Origin: Chloroflexia bacterium
GTDB lineage: Bacteria; Chloroflexota; Chloroflexia; Thermomicrobiales; CFX8
Reading direction: 5' to 3'
NCBI GenBank assembly: GCA_030431755.1
Contig: JAUIIK010000005.1
Location: 2,801 to 66,800 of the forward strand
Length of the DNA: 64,000 bases
Below are positions 44,462-54,256 of the stretch, one piece after another (positions within the stretch are counted from its first letter, which is position 1; each line of letters starts with the position of its first letter). The translations under genes were made by a program, and so were the position numbers. The notes below the pieces were generated by a model. It was given only the letters and a program-made list of their open reading frames with translations. It was not told the origin of the DNA and made no database searches.

Positions 44462-45463
44462 ATGCTCTTTGGCCTCGGGATTCCAACATGCAGAGAGGGA
44501 CTCGCCTATCCGGTGAGCTTCGCCGATCTGTAGCAGACGGCTGAGCTAGCGCGCGCCGCGGAGCGGCATGGATTCGACGCGCTCTGGGGGAACGATCACC
44601 TGGCGACCCAGCGCGTCCTGCTGGACACGCTTGAGAATCCACCTGACTTCTACGAACCGCTTGTTGCATTCGCGTATCTTGCCGGGCAGGTGCCACGCCT
44701 GCGCTTTGTCGCGGCAACCATAGTCGCCCCGCTGCGCGATCCCGTGTTGCTGGCGAAGCAAGTGGCGACGCTCGATCAAGCATCACAGGGACGCTTCACA
44801 CTCGGCTTGGGCATTGGGGCGTACCGCGAGGAGTTCAACGCGCTCTTCCCCAACCTCAAGGGCGCGCACCGTGGCCGGATGATGAACGAGACGATCGCGG
44901 TAGTGCGCGAGCTCACCACGAAGCGGCGGGCAGCGTTCGACGGGGAGTTCTATCAGTTCACCGAGATTGAGATGTTCCCAAAGCCTGTCCAAGATCCGCT
45001 ACCGATCTTCGTGAGTGCCAGTACGCCGGCCACAATCGAGCGCGCCGCCCTCCGAGCTGATGGATTGATTCTGGCCGGCGCATCGCCCGCACGCGTTGCC
45101 GACGCCGCAAGCCACTTTCGGGCAGCGGCCGAGGAGGCGGGGCGCGACACCGATATGCTCCAGGTATGCGCGCAAGTGTGGGTCGGCGTCGGAGCCGACG
45201 ATGCGGCAGCCACCGCGACATTACGAAACTCCCAGCACTTCAAACGACTGGAAGCGCTACGACCGGACAAAGATGCGGAGACGCTCACGCAGGAGTTCCA
45301 AACGGGAAATCTCCTCGGTGATCCGGACGCCATCAAGGCTCGCATTCGTGAGTATGAAGCGGCCGGGGTAGACCACCTCGGACTGGTCTTCCTGGGCCAG
45401 CAGATCGATGATCTGCACGCCCAGGTCGAGTTGTTCGGTCAATCCGTCATCGCCTCGTCCTAA
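44462..45463 (+). pseudogene. luciferase-like (LLM) flavin/F420-dependent oxidoreductase with an in-frame TAG (44531-44533)
   Basis: The ATG at 44462 gives MLFGLGIPTCREGLAYPVSFADL[TAG]QTAELARAAERHGFDALWGNDHL..., in the same frame as ORF 44690-45463 (GRFTLGLGIGAYREEF...). Confidence 0.65.
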
Positions 45464-45520
45464 CGACGGCGACACCTGGCACGACTGCGTGTCATCGTCC
45501 AAATGAATGGAAGTTGCCTC

Positions 45521-46405
45521 ATGCCGTACATAGACATTGATCTCGACGGAACCGTCTACCGCGCAGCCCTGCTGGAAGATCGCTCGCCAAACACCACTGC
45601 CGCGCTCTGGTCAGCACTGCCCATCGAAGGCCGTGCCGCGCACGGGCAATGGAGCGGTGCGATCTTCCGCATGCTGGAAGAAGCCCCGGTCGAATTTCCT
45701 GCCGGCGACCGAGGGGCGGGATTCCAGTACCCCGGTCTGGTTGTGATCAACCCCGGGAATCGTGAGATTGCGATCTGCTACGGACAGGGCCGGCTAAACC
45801 TTCCGACCGGTCCGTTGAATCCGATTCCCGTGGCCGAAATCGGCGGCGACCTCTCCGCAATCGTCGATTTTGGCGTGAGCCTGCAATTCGATGGCGCAAA
45901 GTCGATCCGTATCAGCGCGTCCGAAGACCAGGAGTCACAGCTCGCACCGCCGCCGAATCCGGGCGGTCGGGTAATGGATGTGACGCTTGGCGCAAGCACG
46001 ACACCAGCCGTTCTGCTCAAGGACATTTCGCCGGTCGCCTCGGGCGCATTTGGCGATCTGCTGCCTCTTCAGGGACGGGCGACCAATACCCACTCGAGCG
46101 GACCACTCGTCCGTTTCTGGAACGATGAAGGCGGGCCCGAGGGTGAGACGCCACTGGAGGTCGAGGATCTGGAACGCGGTCAGGCAATACTCTACCCAAG
46201 CTACCTCTACTACTTGCCGTCGCGTCCATGGCGCGGCGTTCGCATTCCCATCGAGGCAACTGCCATGGGTGGCGCTGTCAGCCGCGGGACGACGCAGCTC
46301 GTGCCCTTCGCGCGCTTCACCGGAGATTGGTCGGAGTTTCGGGCGGAAGCCTTGCGCTTGATCGTCGATGGGGCTAAACCGATGGAGTTTCGGCTTCGAG
46401 ACTAG
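45521..46405 (+). CDS. protein with two cyclophilin-like (DUF3830-type) domains
   Basis: The N-terminal half MPYIDIDLDGTVYRAALLEDRSPNTTAALWSALP...WSGAIF resembles the two upstream paralogs. The C-terminal half repeats the pattern more weakly. Confidence 0.5.
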   Translation: MPYIDIDLDGTVYRAALLEDRSPNTTAALWSALPIEGRAAHGQWSGAIFRMLEEAPVEFPAGDRGAGFQYPGLVVINPGNREIAICYGQGRLNLPTGPLNPIPVAEIGGDLSAIVDFGVSLQFDGAKSIRISASEDQESQLAPPPNPGGRVMDVTLGASTTPAVLLKDISPVASGAFGDLLPLQGRATNTHSSGPLVRFWNDEGGPEGETPLEVEDLERGQAILYPSYLYYLPSRPWRGVRIPIEATAMGGAVSRGTTQLVPFARFTGDWSEFRAEALRLIVDGAKPMEFRLRD

Positions 46406-46528
46406 ACATCACCACTTGCCTCGTTCAATGCTTGACGCAGTACCAACACCGACCCGGTCAAGGTATCAATGGGTTGGTACGAGCTTCCAGCAACCATGAC
46501 CCGAAAGGATGAGCCCTTGAGCAGCCAA

Positions 46529-47476
46529 ATGGAAATGAGCAAGACAGAGCGTGTCATGGCGGCCGTCGCCGGGCACAACGTCGATCGCCTGCCCGTATGC
46601 TTCTGGCATCACTTCAAGCCAGCCGGTTCCGGGCGGCGCATGGCGGAGGTAACGTTTGACTTCTTCGCCAACCAATTCGATCTTGACATCCTCAAGATCA
46701 TGCCGGACATCCCATATCCCGTTTCGCGCCGCTCAATCAAGAACCTTGACGATTGGCGGCTGATCGAGCCCATCGACAGCGTGCGCTCGCGCTTCTTCAA
46801 TCAGCGCGCAGTCAGCATCCGGGCGTTGCGTGACATCGTCGGCTACGAAACGCCGATCGTGATGACCGTCTTCTCCCCGCTCTGCGAAGCGCTCCACTTC
46901 GTCGAATCGTATGATCTGTTCTTCGAACACTACGATCAATCACCGGCGGTTATCCACGAGGCGCTCGCAACGATGGCCGAGAACCTCCGGGCTCACATGC
47001 AAGACTGCATCGACGCCGGCGCAGACGGGGTCTTCTTTGCGCTGCAGGGCTGCACGGACGCGATCATGTCCCGTGACCGATATCGGGAGCTCGGTCGGCC
47101 GTACGACTTGCTTGCCCTCCAGGGACTCCAGGATGGATGGCTTAACATCCTCCACGTCCACGGCAATGAAGATCTCCACTTCGAAGAGACGCTCGACTAT
47201 CCGGTCAGCGTGATGTCCTGGTCCGACCGGCTCGCGGGTCCGAGCCTGGCGGACGCGCGTGCCCTCACCGACAAGTGCCTGATGGGTGGTTGGCACGAGT
47301 TTGGGCCGCTCTCGAATGGCCCGGAAGATGCCATCCGGGAGGAAGCACAAGACGCTATCGAGCAGACCGGCGGCCGCAAGTTCATTCTCGCAAACGGCTG
47401 CTCCGTCCCGGATGACACGCCTGAAGAGTGGTTGCATGCTGCCCGCAATATGGTCGAGTCACTCGATCTCTCGTAG
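46529..47476 (+). CDS. uroporphyrinogen decarboxylase (URO-D) family protein, MtaA/UroD-like
   Basis: ERVMAAVAGHNVDRLPVCFWHHF... start and TIM-barrel-like length. The start is uncertain; the ORF is open from 46469. Confidence 0.55.
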   Translation: MEMSKTERVMAAVAGHNVDRLPVCFWHHFKPAGSGRRMAEVTFDFFANQFDLDILKIMPDIPYPVSRRSIKNLDDWRLIEPIDSVRSRFFNQRAVSIRALRDIVGYETPIVMTVFSPLCEALHFVESYDLFFEHYDQSPAVIHEALATMAENLRAHMQDCIDAGADGVFFALQGCTDAIMSRDRYRELGRPYDLLALQGLQDGWLNILHVHGNEDLHFEETLDYPVSVMSWSDRLAGPSLADARALTDKCLMGGWHEFGPLSNGPEDAIREEAQDAIEQTGGRKFILANGCSVPDDTPEEWLHAARNMVESLDLS

Positions 47477-47550
47477 ACGTTCCGTAGTCGCTTGAGCGAG
47501 GGGCTTCGGTACTGGGACACCTAACCGTGAAATACCTGGATTGAGCTAAC

Positions 47551-47994
47551 GTGTTCTCAACCGTCCGCCAGCACTACCAGCTCATTTCGGCCATTGCGTT
47601 GGTCATTGGAGTGGCGTTGATCACGGTGGCCGAGATGCCGAGCATGCACTGGACACGCGTCTTTGGGGCCACCGCCATCTCGCTCGGGGCGCTGGGACTC
47701 GGCATCTACGTGGGCCTGACACAACCGGGCCGCTATGCCGCCGCCCGGGCACGCCTGGCCAGCATCAAACAGCAGATCGGCATCGTCATGTTGGTCGTGC
47801 TCTTTCTGCCTGCGCTGCTCGGTCTCGGAGCAGGCATCGCTGGATTGTTCAACAGCCCTGGCGGCACCGGCTGGGTCATCGCGACCGGCGCGCTCATCCT
47901 GGCGTTGATGCTCGCGGCCACGGTCGCCGCCTTCGTCATCGGTGTCCAGGCGCTCACCGGCCACAGTCCGGTTGAAGGCGACGACGCGGCATGA
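47551..47994 (+). CDS. small membrane protein (4 TM), translationally coupled to the downstream gene
   Basis: 147 aa with four hydrophobic helices. The stop overlaps the next start (ATGA at 47991-94). Confidence 0.55.
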   Translation: MFSTVRQHYQLISAIALVIGVALITVAEMPSMHWTRVFGATAISLGALGLGIYVGLTQPGRYAAARARLASIKQQIGIVMLVVLFLPALLGLGAGIAGLFNSPGGTGWVIATGALILALMLAATVAAFVIGVQALTGHSPVEGDDAA

Positions 47995-50084
47995 CCGCAA
48001 CCCGTGAGATCCTCTGGAACGTCGGCTCCCTACAGGTCCTCATCCTCTACATCCTGCTGGTTCTACCAGTCGCCTTCCTCGCCTTCGGCGTCGCCCGCCG
48101 GGTGCAGATGTGGCGGCGCGGCCAACCCGACACCAGCCGCTTCGACCGCTGGCCCGAGCGTGCCCGCGCGGCGCTCACCAAGAGCATCCTCCACGGCCGT
48201 ATCGTCCGTCGCGGGAAGCTCTATGCCGGCCTGATGCACGCCAACATCTTCGGTGGCTTCATCATCCTCCTCATCGGCACCATCATCGTCCTGATCGAGG
48301 AGGACATCACCGTCCCGCTCTTCGGCTGGAGCTTCTACCAGGGCGACTTCTACCTCGGCTACAAGCTCATCGTGAACCTCGGCGGCGTCATGCTCATCGT
48401 TGGCGTCCTGCTGGCCTTCGCCCGCCGCTATCTCATCAAGCCGAAGTTCCAGGAGACCGGTCCCGACGATCTGCTCGTGCTCGTCTTCTTGCTGCTGCTG
48501 GCCGTCCAGGGCTTCACAACCCAGGCGTTGCGGCTGGCCGTCGAAGGCGATCCCTGGGGTCCCTGGTCCTGGGTCAGCTACCCGATGGCGCTGCCGTTGA
48601 GCGCGCTCTCGACCGGGACGCTGGAGACGCTGCATACCGCCAACTGGATCAGCCACTTCGCGACGACCTACGTCTTGCTGGCCTACTGGGCCTACAGCAA
48701 GATGATCCATCCCTTCACCAGCCTGGCCAACGTCTTCTTCCGGCGTTTCGAGCCGCTGGGCGAGCTGCGGCGCATCCCGGAGATCGAGGCAGCCGAGGTG
48801 CTGGGCTACGGCAAGCTGGAGGACTTCTCCTGGGCGCACCTGATGAATGTCGACGCCTGCATGCACTGTGGCCGCTGTCTCGAGTACTGTCCGACCTTCA
48901 ACACCGGCAAACCGCTGCATCCGCGTGATCTGGTGCTCGAGCTGGCCAGCTTCCAGGCCGACCAGGGCGGTATCTGGAGCGGCGAGCTGGGCGGCGAGGC
49001 CAAGACGGCGCGGCATCGTTGGGGCAAGGGCGCTGAGCGTGAGCTGATTCCCGGCGTCGTCTCGCCCGAGGAGCTCTGGGACTGCACGACCTGCGGCGCC
49101 TGCATCGAGCACTGCCCGGTCTACATCGAGCATGTCCCGATGATCGTCAGCATGCGCCAGCACCTGGTGCTCGAACGGGGCGAGTTCCCGAGCGAGGTCA
49201 CGCCGACCTTCAACAACCTGGAGCGCTTCGGCAGCCCCTACCCGATTCCCCAGAGCCAGCGTGACGACTGGACCAAGCGGCTCGCCGAGCCGGTCAGATA
49301 CATGGCCGAGTTGGAGGAGACCGAGGAGGTCGAGTACCTCTTCTTCGTCGGCTGTCTGGGCTCGTTTGACGAGCGCAACCAGCGCACGACGCTGGCGTTG
49401 TGCCGGATACTCCAGGCGGCGGGGGTCAACTTCGCGATTCTCGGCAAGGAGGAGACCTGCACCGGCGACCCGGCCAAGCGCATCGGCAACGAGTATCTGG
49501 CCCAGATCATGGCCGAGCAGACGGTCGAGACGCTCAACAGCTACAGCTTCAAGAAGATCGTCACCGCTTGTCCGCACTGCTTCAATGCCATCGCCAACGA
49601 GTTCCCGCAGATTGGCGGCGCGTACGAGGTGATCCACCACAGCCAGCTGCTCAATGACTTGCTTGCCAGTGGCCGGGTCAGCCTGGATCCGGAGTCGGCG
49701 ATGGCGCGCGGCAAGGTGACCTACCACGACCCCTGCTACCTGGGGCGCTACAACGGCGTTTATGATGCGCCGCGCGAGGCAGTGGCGGCGATGCCGGGGG
49801 CGGAGCTGGTCGAGATGCGGCGCAACCGCAACCGGAGCTTCTGTTGTGGTGGCGGTGGTGGCCGGCTGTTCATGGAGGAGCAGCGTGGCAGCCGGATCAA
49901 CCAGGCGCGGGTGGCGGAGGCGTTGGAGACGGGGGCTGAGCTGTTGTGTGCGGCCTGTCCCTTCTGTATGACGATGTTCGAGGACGGTATCCGCGGCGTT
50001 GGCGCCGACGATGACTTCCAGGTCCTCGACCTCGCTGAGATCGTCGCCGGCTCGATGGTCGAGGAGCCGACTGTCAAACAGTAG
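47991..50084 (+). CDS. membrane-anchored Fe-S oxidoreductase: NarI/DsrM-like 5-6 TM domain fused to a 2x[4Fe-4S] ferredoxin domain and two CCG (HdrD/GlpC-like) domains
   Basis: N-terminal TM helices with conserved His. CMHCGRCLEYCP and CTTCGACIEHCP cluster motifs. CCG-type blocks FFVGCLGSF...CTGDP and CPHC...SFCCGGGGG. Confidence 0.75.
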   Translation: MTATREILWNVGSLQVLILYILLVLPVAFLAFGVARRVQMWRRGQPDTSRFDRWPERARAALTKSILHGRIVRRGKLYAGLMHANIFGGFIILLIGTIIVLIEEDITVPLFGWSFYQGDFYLGYKLIVNLGGVMLIVGVLLAFARRYLIKPKFQETGPDDLLVLVFLLLLAVQGFTTQALRLAVEGDPWGPWSWVSYPMALPLSALSTGTLETLHTANWISHFATTYVLLAYWAYSKMIHPFTSLANVFFRRFEPLGELRRIPEIEAAEVLGYGKLEDFSWAHLMNVDACMHCGRCLEYCPTFNTGKPLHPRDLVLELASFQADQGGIWSGELGGEAKTARHRWGKGAERELIPGVVSPEELWDCTTCGACIEHCPVYIEHVPMIVSMRQHLVLERGEFPSEVTPTFNNLERFGSPYPIPQSQRDDWTKRLAEPVRYMAELEETEEVEYLFFVGCLGSFDERNQRTTLALCRILQAAGVNFAILGKEETCTGDPAKRIGNEYLAQIMAEQTVETLNSYSFKKIVTACPHCFNAIANEFPQIGGAYEVIHHSQLLNDLLASGRVSLDPESAMARGKVTYHDPCYLGRYNGVYDAPREAVAAMPGAELVEMRRNRNRSFCCGGGGGRLFMEEQRGSRINQARVAEALETGAELLCAACPFCMTMFEDGIRGVGADDDFQVLDLAEIVAGSMVEEPTVKQ

Positions 50085-50560
50085 CTCGAACGCGCCGGCG
50101 CTCCAATGCCCATTGAGAGCGTATTGCTCGTCATGACGAGTGACAGGTCTACTTGAGACACTCGGTTGTTGTCCCAAGGAACTCCAGGCTCGTCCTCGCG
50201 CCTCCTATGGGAGCGGCAATTCAACGTGCGAAGCGGACAGAGCGAACATCTGCTCGCGTCTCCGCGTGGAGAGTGTGAGATACACGCGATGCCCGTCTCC
50301 AAGTCCGAAGAGTGAAGCACGGCTGCCCCAAGCACAGGGCAGTCAGACCCTGCATGGCATCTGACCGGCTACTCCTTATGCCCCATCAGTCGGTACAATA
50401 AGTAGCATAGGCGAGATGGACTTTGGTGCGACCGTACGCGGGTAACGGTACGGTGCAATGATGTCCTATTTCGATCTGGTACCCGGCGACGTTACGTACC
50501 GATATCAGGACCGCGTTTCGTCTTCGCGTGATTCTGGAGCGTGGACCGGGCTTGTAGCAG

Positions 50561-51844
50561 TTGACAACCCACAGACGTCAACGCGCCACGATGAGATTAC
50601 ACAAGCTGGAAAGTAACGGCTTGGCGACAACTAACGCAGCCGCGCAGCCGCACCAAAACTCACAGGAGGGTTCGCAGCGTCCAAATGCGCCGCTCGCGAG
50701 CGATTTCCTCTTCGCGACGAGCGACTGGGTCTACTCTGTCGCTATCGTCATCTTCGCATTCCATCTGGGCGCTGGACTTGCAGCAGCCGCGGCGGCGCTG
50801 CTCATCCATGCAGCCGCGCGCTTGCTCGTCATTGCGGTCCCGATCGTGCTGCCTCAGTCCAAACGGCGGCTGGCGTTGATCGAGGCGCTACGCGCTGGGC
50901 TGATACTCGCGCTAGTCTTCGTAGCATCTGCCGACGCATTGTGGATTGTCCTCGTTGCCGCGAGTAGCATCGGGTTCATCGGCGCATCGATCGACCAAGC
51001 CCGCGGGCAGCTCGTTCCGGCGCGACCGGTCGTGGGCGACAGCCAGACCGTGCGGGCGCGTTTGATCTGCCGCTGGGATCAACTCGCCATGATCACGGGA
51101 TCGCTCGTGGCCGGCGCGCTCATTGTTGCCTGGAGCGAGCTGCCGGCCTTTGCAGTCGCCGCTGGGCTTGCGCTTGTCGCCGCAGGCATACTCCTGCGGT
51201 TGCCCGAAGAGGGCCTCCGCGCATCCCTGACAACAGCTCCCGCAGCCCCCAGACGAACGTTCGCGCGGAGTGGCGTGCCACAGGCGCTGCTTGTGGCGCT
51301 CGCGGCCGGCGCGGCGCTTGGCATCGCCCTGCGCGTCATGCTTGTCGAGATCGTGCTCGACGAACATGGCCACACCGAGCTCGTCTACGGGCTCTTCATC
51401 GCGCTGGCGGGGGCCGGGGCGTTCGCGGGTCCACTATCGATCCCGCGCCTGCTCTCGCGCTTGCCGGCTGCGCTCGTACTCGGCTGTGTCACGGCGGCGC
51501 TGTCCGTGGCGCTCGTCACAGCCCATCTGGCGGATCCGCTCGCGCTGGTAATCCCGGTCATTCTCGCTTGTGGAGTGCTGGCTGTAACCGGCGAGCGCGC
51601 CGGGGAGACGATACTCCGCCGCACCGTGCCCGCCAGTGAGCTCGATGCCAATTTGCAGCTGTTGGCAGCCGTGACAGTTGCTGGTCAGATCGTCGCGTTG
51701 GCGACCATAGCGAGCCTCGATCACATCTCCGGCAGCCTGGCGGCCGTCATTGCGCTCACGACGATGAGTATCGTTTGTGCCCTCATCCCGATTCTCATGT
51801 ATGTACGCGAACGCAATCGGCCGCGGGCGAACAACGGCGGCTGA
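50561..51844 (+). CDS. putative MFS-type membrane transporter
   Basis: 427 aa with about 10-12 hydrophobic helices. No sharp motif; start uncertain. Confidence 0.45.
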   Translation: MTTHRRQRATMRLHKLESNGLATTNAAAQPHQNSQEGSQRPNAPLASDFLFATSDWVYSVAIVIFAFHLGAGLAAAAAALLIHAAARLLVIAVPIVLPQSKRRLALIEALRAGLILALVFVASADALWIVLVAASSIGFIGASIDQARGQLVPARPVVGDSQTVRARLICRWDQLAMITGSLVAGALIVAWSELPAFAVAAGLALVAAGILLRLPEEGLRASLTTAPAAPRRTFARSGVPQALLVALAAGAALGIALRVMLVEIVLDEHGHTELVYGLFIALAGAGAFAGPLSIPRLLSRLPAALVLGCVTAALSVALVTAHLADPLALVIPVILACGVLAVTGERAGETILRRTVPASELDANLQLLAAVTVAGQIVALATIASLDHISGSLAAVIALTTMSIVCALIPILMYVRERNRPRANNGG

Positions 51845-51869
51845 CATCTATTGAAGGGGCCGGCACGGC

Positions 51870-52718
51870 TTGGTCTACATCGAGCGCAGTGAATTCTTCG
51901 ACGTGTCGCCGCAAGCCTACCGGGGCTTTGGCACGCCTTCCAGCCATCCGGAAGCGCGCTCGCCACGCGGGCAAGCGTTGCGGCGGTGGCTGGATCAGCA
52001 GGTCGAGATCGTCCAGATTCCGGTGACGATCCCCGACGACGCCCTGCAACTATCGATAGCCCAACCTTCTGCGGAGTCCCGGAGGCGCTTGTTCGAGCTC
52101 GCGCGCGAGAATCCGGAACAGCAGCTGCCCTACTGGGCGGATATCTGGCCCTCCGGCCTCGCTCTCGGTGCCGTCGCACTACAACGCTCCAACGAGCTAT
52201 CCGGACGCCAGGTGCTGGAGGTCGGCAGCGGGCTCGGCTCGACAGCTGCCGCGGTCCTGTCAACCGGCGCGGAACTGACGGTTCTCGACTACTCCCCGCT
52301 CGCGCTCGGGCTGTGCCGGTACAACGGGCTGCTGAATACCGGCCGATCGCCGCGCGCGTTGCCGGTAAACTGGCGGCATCCCGCGCGTAGCGTTCTCCAG
52401 CGGCTGGACGCCTCCGGTCCCTTTCCCATCATCATGGCGGCCGACGTGCTCTACGAGAGCCGTGACATCGAGCCGCTCATTGCGTTGATCGAGCGGCTCC
52501 TGGCAGACACCGGTGAGCTGTGGATCTCTGAGCCTGGGCGCAAAGTCGCGGCGCGCTTCCTCGACACGCTCGCGCTGCGCGGCTGGCGCTTTACGTCGAC
52601 GACGGTCGACTACGCCCGCCCGGACGGCGACCACGATCGCATCCATATCCACACGATCCGGCGCGATCAGGCTGGTGACCGGGTTCAGTTCCGGAGCATT
52701 GGCGGCTGGCGGGTGTGA
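51870..52718 (+). CDS. class I SAM-dependent methyltransferase (Methyltransf_16/lysine-MTase-like)
   Basis: WPSGLALG...GRQVLEVGSGLGSTAAAV...VLDYS...IMAADVLYE pattern. TTG start, uncertain. Confidence 0.6.
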   Translation: MVYIERSEFFDVSPQAYRGFGTPSSHPEARSPRGQALRRWLDQQVEIVQIPVTIPDDALQLSIAQPSAESRRRLFELARENPEQQLPYWADIWPSGLALGAVALQRSNELSGRQVLEVGSGLGSTAAAVLSTGAELTVLDYSPLALGLCRYNGLLNTGRSPRALPVNWRHPARSVLQRLDASGPFPIIMAADVLYESRDIEPLIALIERLLADTGELWISEPGRKVAARFLDTLALRGWRFTSTTVDYARPDGDHDRIHIHTIRRDQAGDRVQFRSIGGWRV

Positions 52719-54208
52719 CTCGGCACGGCAAGCGACATTGGCGAAAAGCGTCCGTCCTGGCAGTCTTGCTGGCGCTGTGCGCCGTCGGCTGCAGCGGCCC
52801 TGACGCGACCAGCGAGGATGTTGCTGGCACATCGACACCGCTGGTTGCCGAGGCAAGCCCCAGCGCCACCGGCACGGCAACGATCGCTCCACCAGCTGGC
52901 AGCGCTGGCCCAACGCCCACGCCTGTCTCCGGGTCGCCAACAGACAGCCCGGCTTCCGCAACCACTCCTGCGCCATCCGCTGACACCGCGACGCCGGCGG
53001 CTTCGCAGACCGTCGTCCCAGCGGAGCCTACGGCCACGGCAGGTCCAGCATCGACGCCGACCGGCACGCCTCCACCAGCATCGTCGGAACCCGATCCAGT
53101 CAATGCCGCTGTGCGGTTCGAGCAGGTCGCCACCGGATTCATCGAGCCGACGTACCTCACCCACGCCAGCGACGGCAGCGGGACGCTCTACGTCACAGAA
53201 AAGCGCGGGATGATCTACACCCTCGATGGCGCGCTCTTTCTGGACATCACCGACCGGGTCATCAACACCGGGCTGGCCGGAAACGCGCGCGAGCTGGGCT
53301 TGCTGGGGCTGGCATTCCACCCCGAATTTGAATCCAATCGCATTTTTTATGTCCACTACAACGACCGCAATGGCGACACCGTCGTTTCGCGTTTCGAGGC
53401 GAACTCCAACGGCGCAGGGGAACCGGCAACCGAACGGGTGCTCCTGGCGCTCGATCAGCCCGAAGACCATTTCAATGGCGGGACTATCCTCTTCGGTCCC
53501 GACGGCCACCTCTACATCGCGCTCGGCACCGGCGGGAACCGGCCGGAGGATCACCTCAACTCGCAGGACCTCGGCAGTCTCTTCGGGAAGCTCCTGCGGA
53601 TCGATGTTGACGCTGGCAACCCGTATGCCATCCCGCCAGACAACCCCTACGTCGATACTGCCGGCGCGCAACCGGAGATCTGGGCCTACGGGCTCCGCAA
53701 TCCCTGGCGCTTCGACTTCGACGAGGCGACCGGCGATATCTACATCGCCGAACCGGGACAATTTGGCTTCGAGTGGGTGCATTACCAGGCGGCCGGAGCC
53801 GACGGCGTGCCAGCCGGCGCGGTGAACTACGGTTGGCCCGTCTATGAAGGGTTCCACTGCTTCGATATCCCCTCCGGGACATCTAGCGACGCCGGCAATT
53901 GCAGCCCGCCGGAAAACTACCAGGCGCCGATCATCGAGTACCCGCGCGGTCAGAACGGTGGCTGCGTCATCGTCGGTGGCGCGGTCTACCGTGGCGCGAC
54001 GGTGCCTGCGCTGAATGGCGCGTATCTCTACAGCGACTTCTGCTCGGCCGTCGTCTACGCGGCCTGGCGCGACGGCGCGGGAGCGTGGCAGACGACCACG
54101 CTGGCAGATCTACCGGGACTCGCGAGCTCGTTTGGCGAGGATGAGTCCGGCGAACTCTATCTGCTCAGCATCTCCGACGGCACGATCTACAAAGTATCTC
54201 CCGCTTGA
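52715..54208 (+). CDS. PQQ-dependent sugar dehydrogenase (soluble aldose/sorbosone dehydrogenase-like) lipoprotein
   Basis: Lipobox (LCAVGC), a Pro/Thr/Ala-rich linker, then GLLGLAFHPEF...FYVHY...HNGG...GPDGHLY...YGLRNPWRF blocks. Confidence 0.8.
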   Translation: MTRHGKRHWRKASVLAVLLALCAVGCSGPDATSEDVAGTSTPLVAEASPSATGTATIAPPAGSAGPTPTPVSGSPTDSPASATTPAPSADTATPAASQTVVPAEPTATAGPASTPTGTPPPASSEPDPVNAAVRFEQVATGFIEPTYLTHASDGSGTLYVTEKRGMIYTLDGALFLDITDRVINTGLAGNARELGLLGLAFHPEFESNRIFYVHYNDRNGDTVVSRFEANSNGAGEPATERVLLALDQPEDHFNGGTILFGPDGHLYIALGTGGNRPEDHLNSQDLGSLFGKLLRIDVDAGNPYAIPPDNPYVDTAGAQPEIWAYGLRNPWRFDFDEATGDIYIAEPGQFGFEWVHYQAAGADGVPAGAVNYGWPVYEGFHCFDIPSGTSSDAGNCSPPENYQAPIIEYPRGQNGGCVIVGGAVYRGATVPALNGAYLYSDFCSAVVYAAWRDGAGAWQTTTLADLPGLASSFGEDESGELYLLSISDGTIYKVSPA

Positions 54209-54256
54209 GCCGACGATTCGATAGCCAGTGGCGGCTCTTGTTATCCTTCACAGGTT

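Noticed and set aside
44531-44533. TAG in the LLM gene as pyrrolysine, and TAA at 41940-41942 as programmed read-through.
   Set aside because: No Pyl machinery or PYLIS-like context is visible. Pyl is restricted to methylamine-methyltransferase-type systems in a few lineages, and TAA has no known recoding in bacteria. Clustering with a frameshift in the same locus favours mutation or sequence error.
48063-50177. Very long antisense ORFs opposite well-supported genes. Examples: 704 aa at 48063-50177(-), 393 aa at 31717-32898(-), 390 aa at 52685-53857(-), 350 aa at 16459-17511(-), 365 aa at 36897-37994(+), 253 aa at 1305-2066(+), 249 aa at 24907-25656(-).
   Set aside because: They lie opposite genes with clear family motifs (HdrD-like, leuS, PQQ dehydrogenase, formamidase, Mo-hydroxylase, helicase, pentapeptide protein). 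They have Arg/Ala/Gly/Pro-rich shadow-frame composition, which is typical of stop-poor alternative frames in GC-rich DNA.
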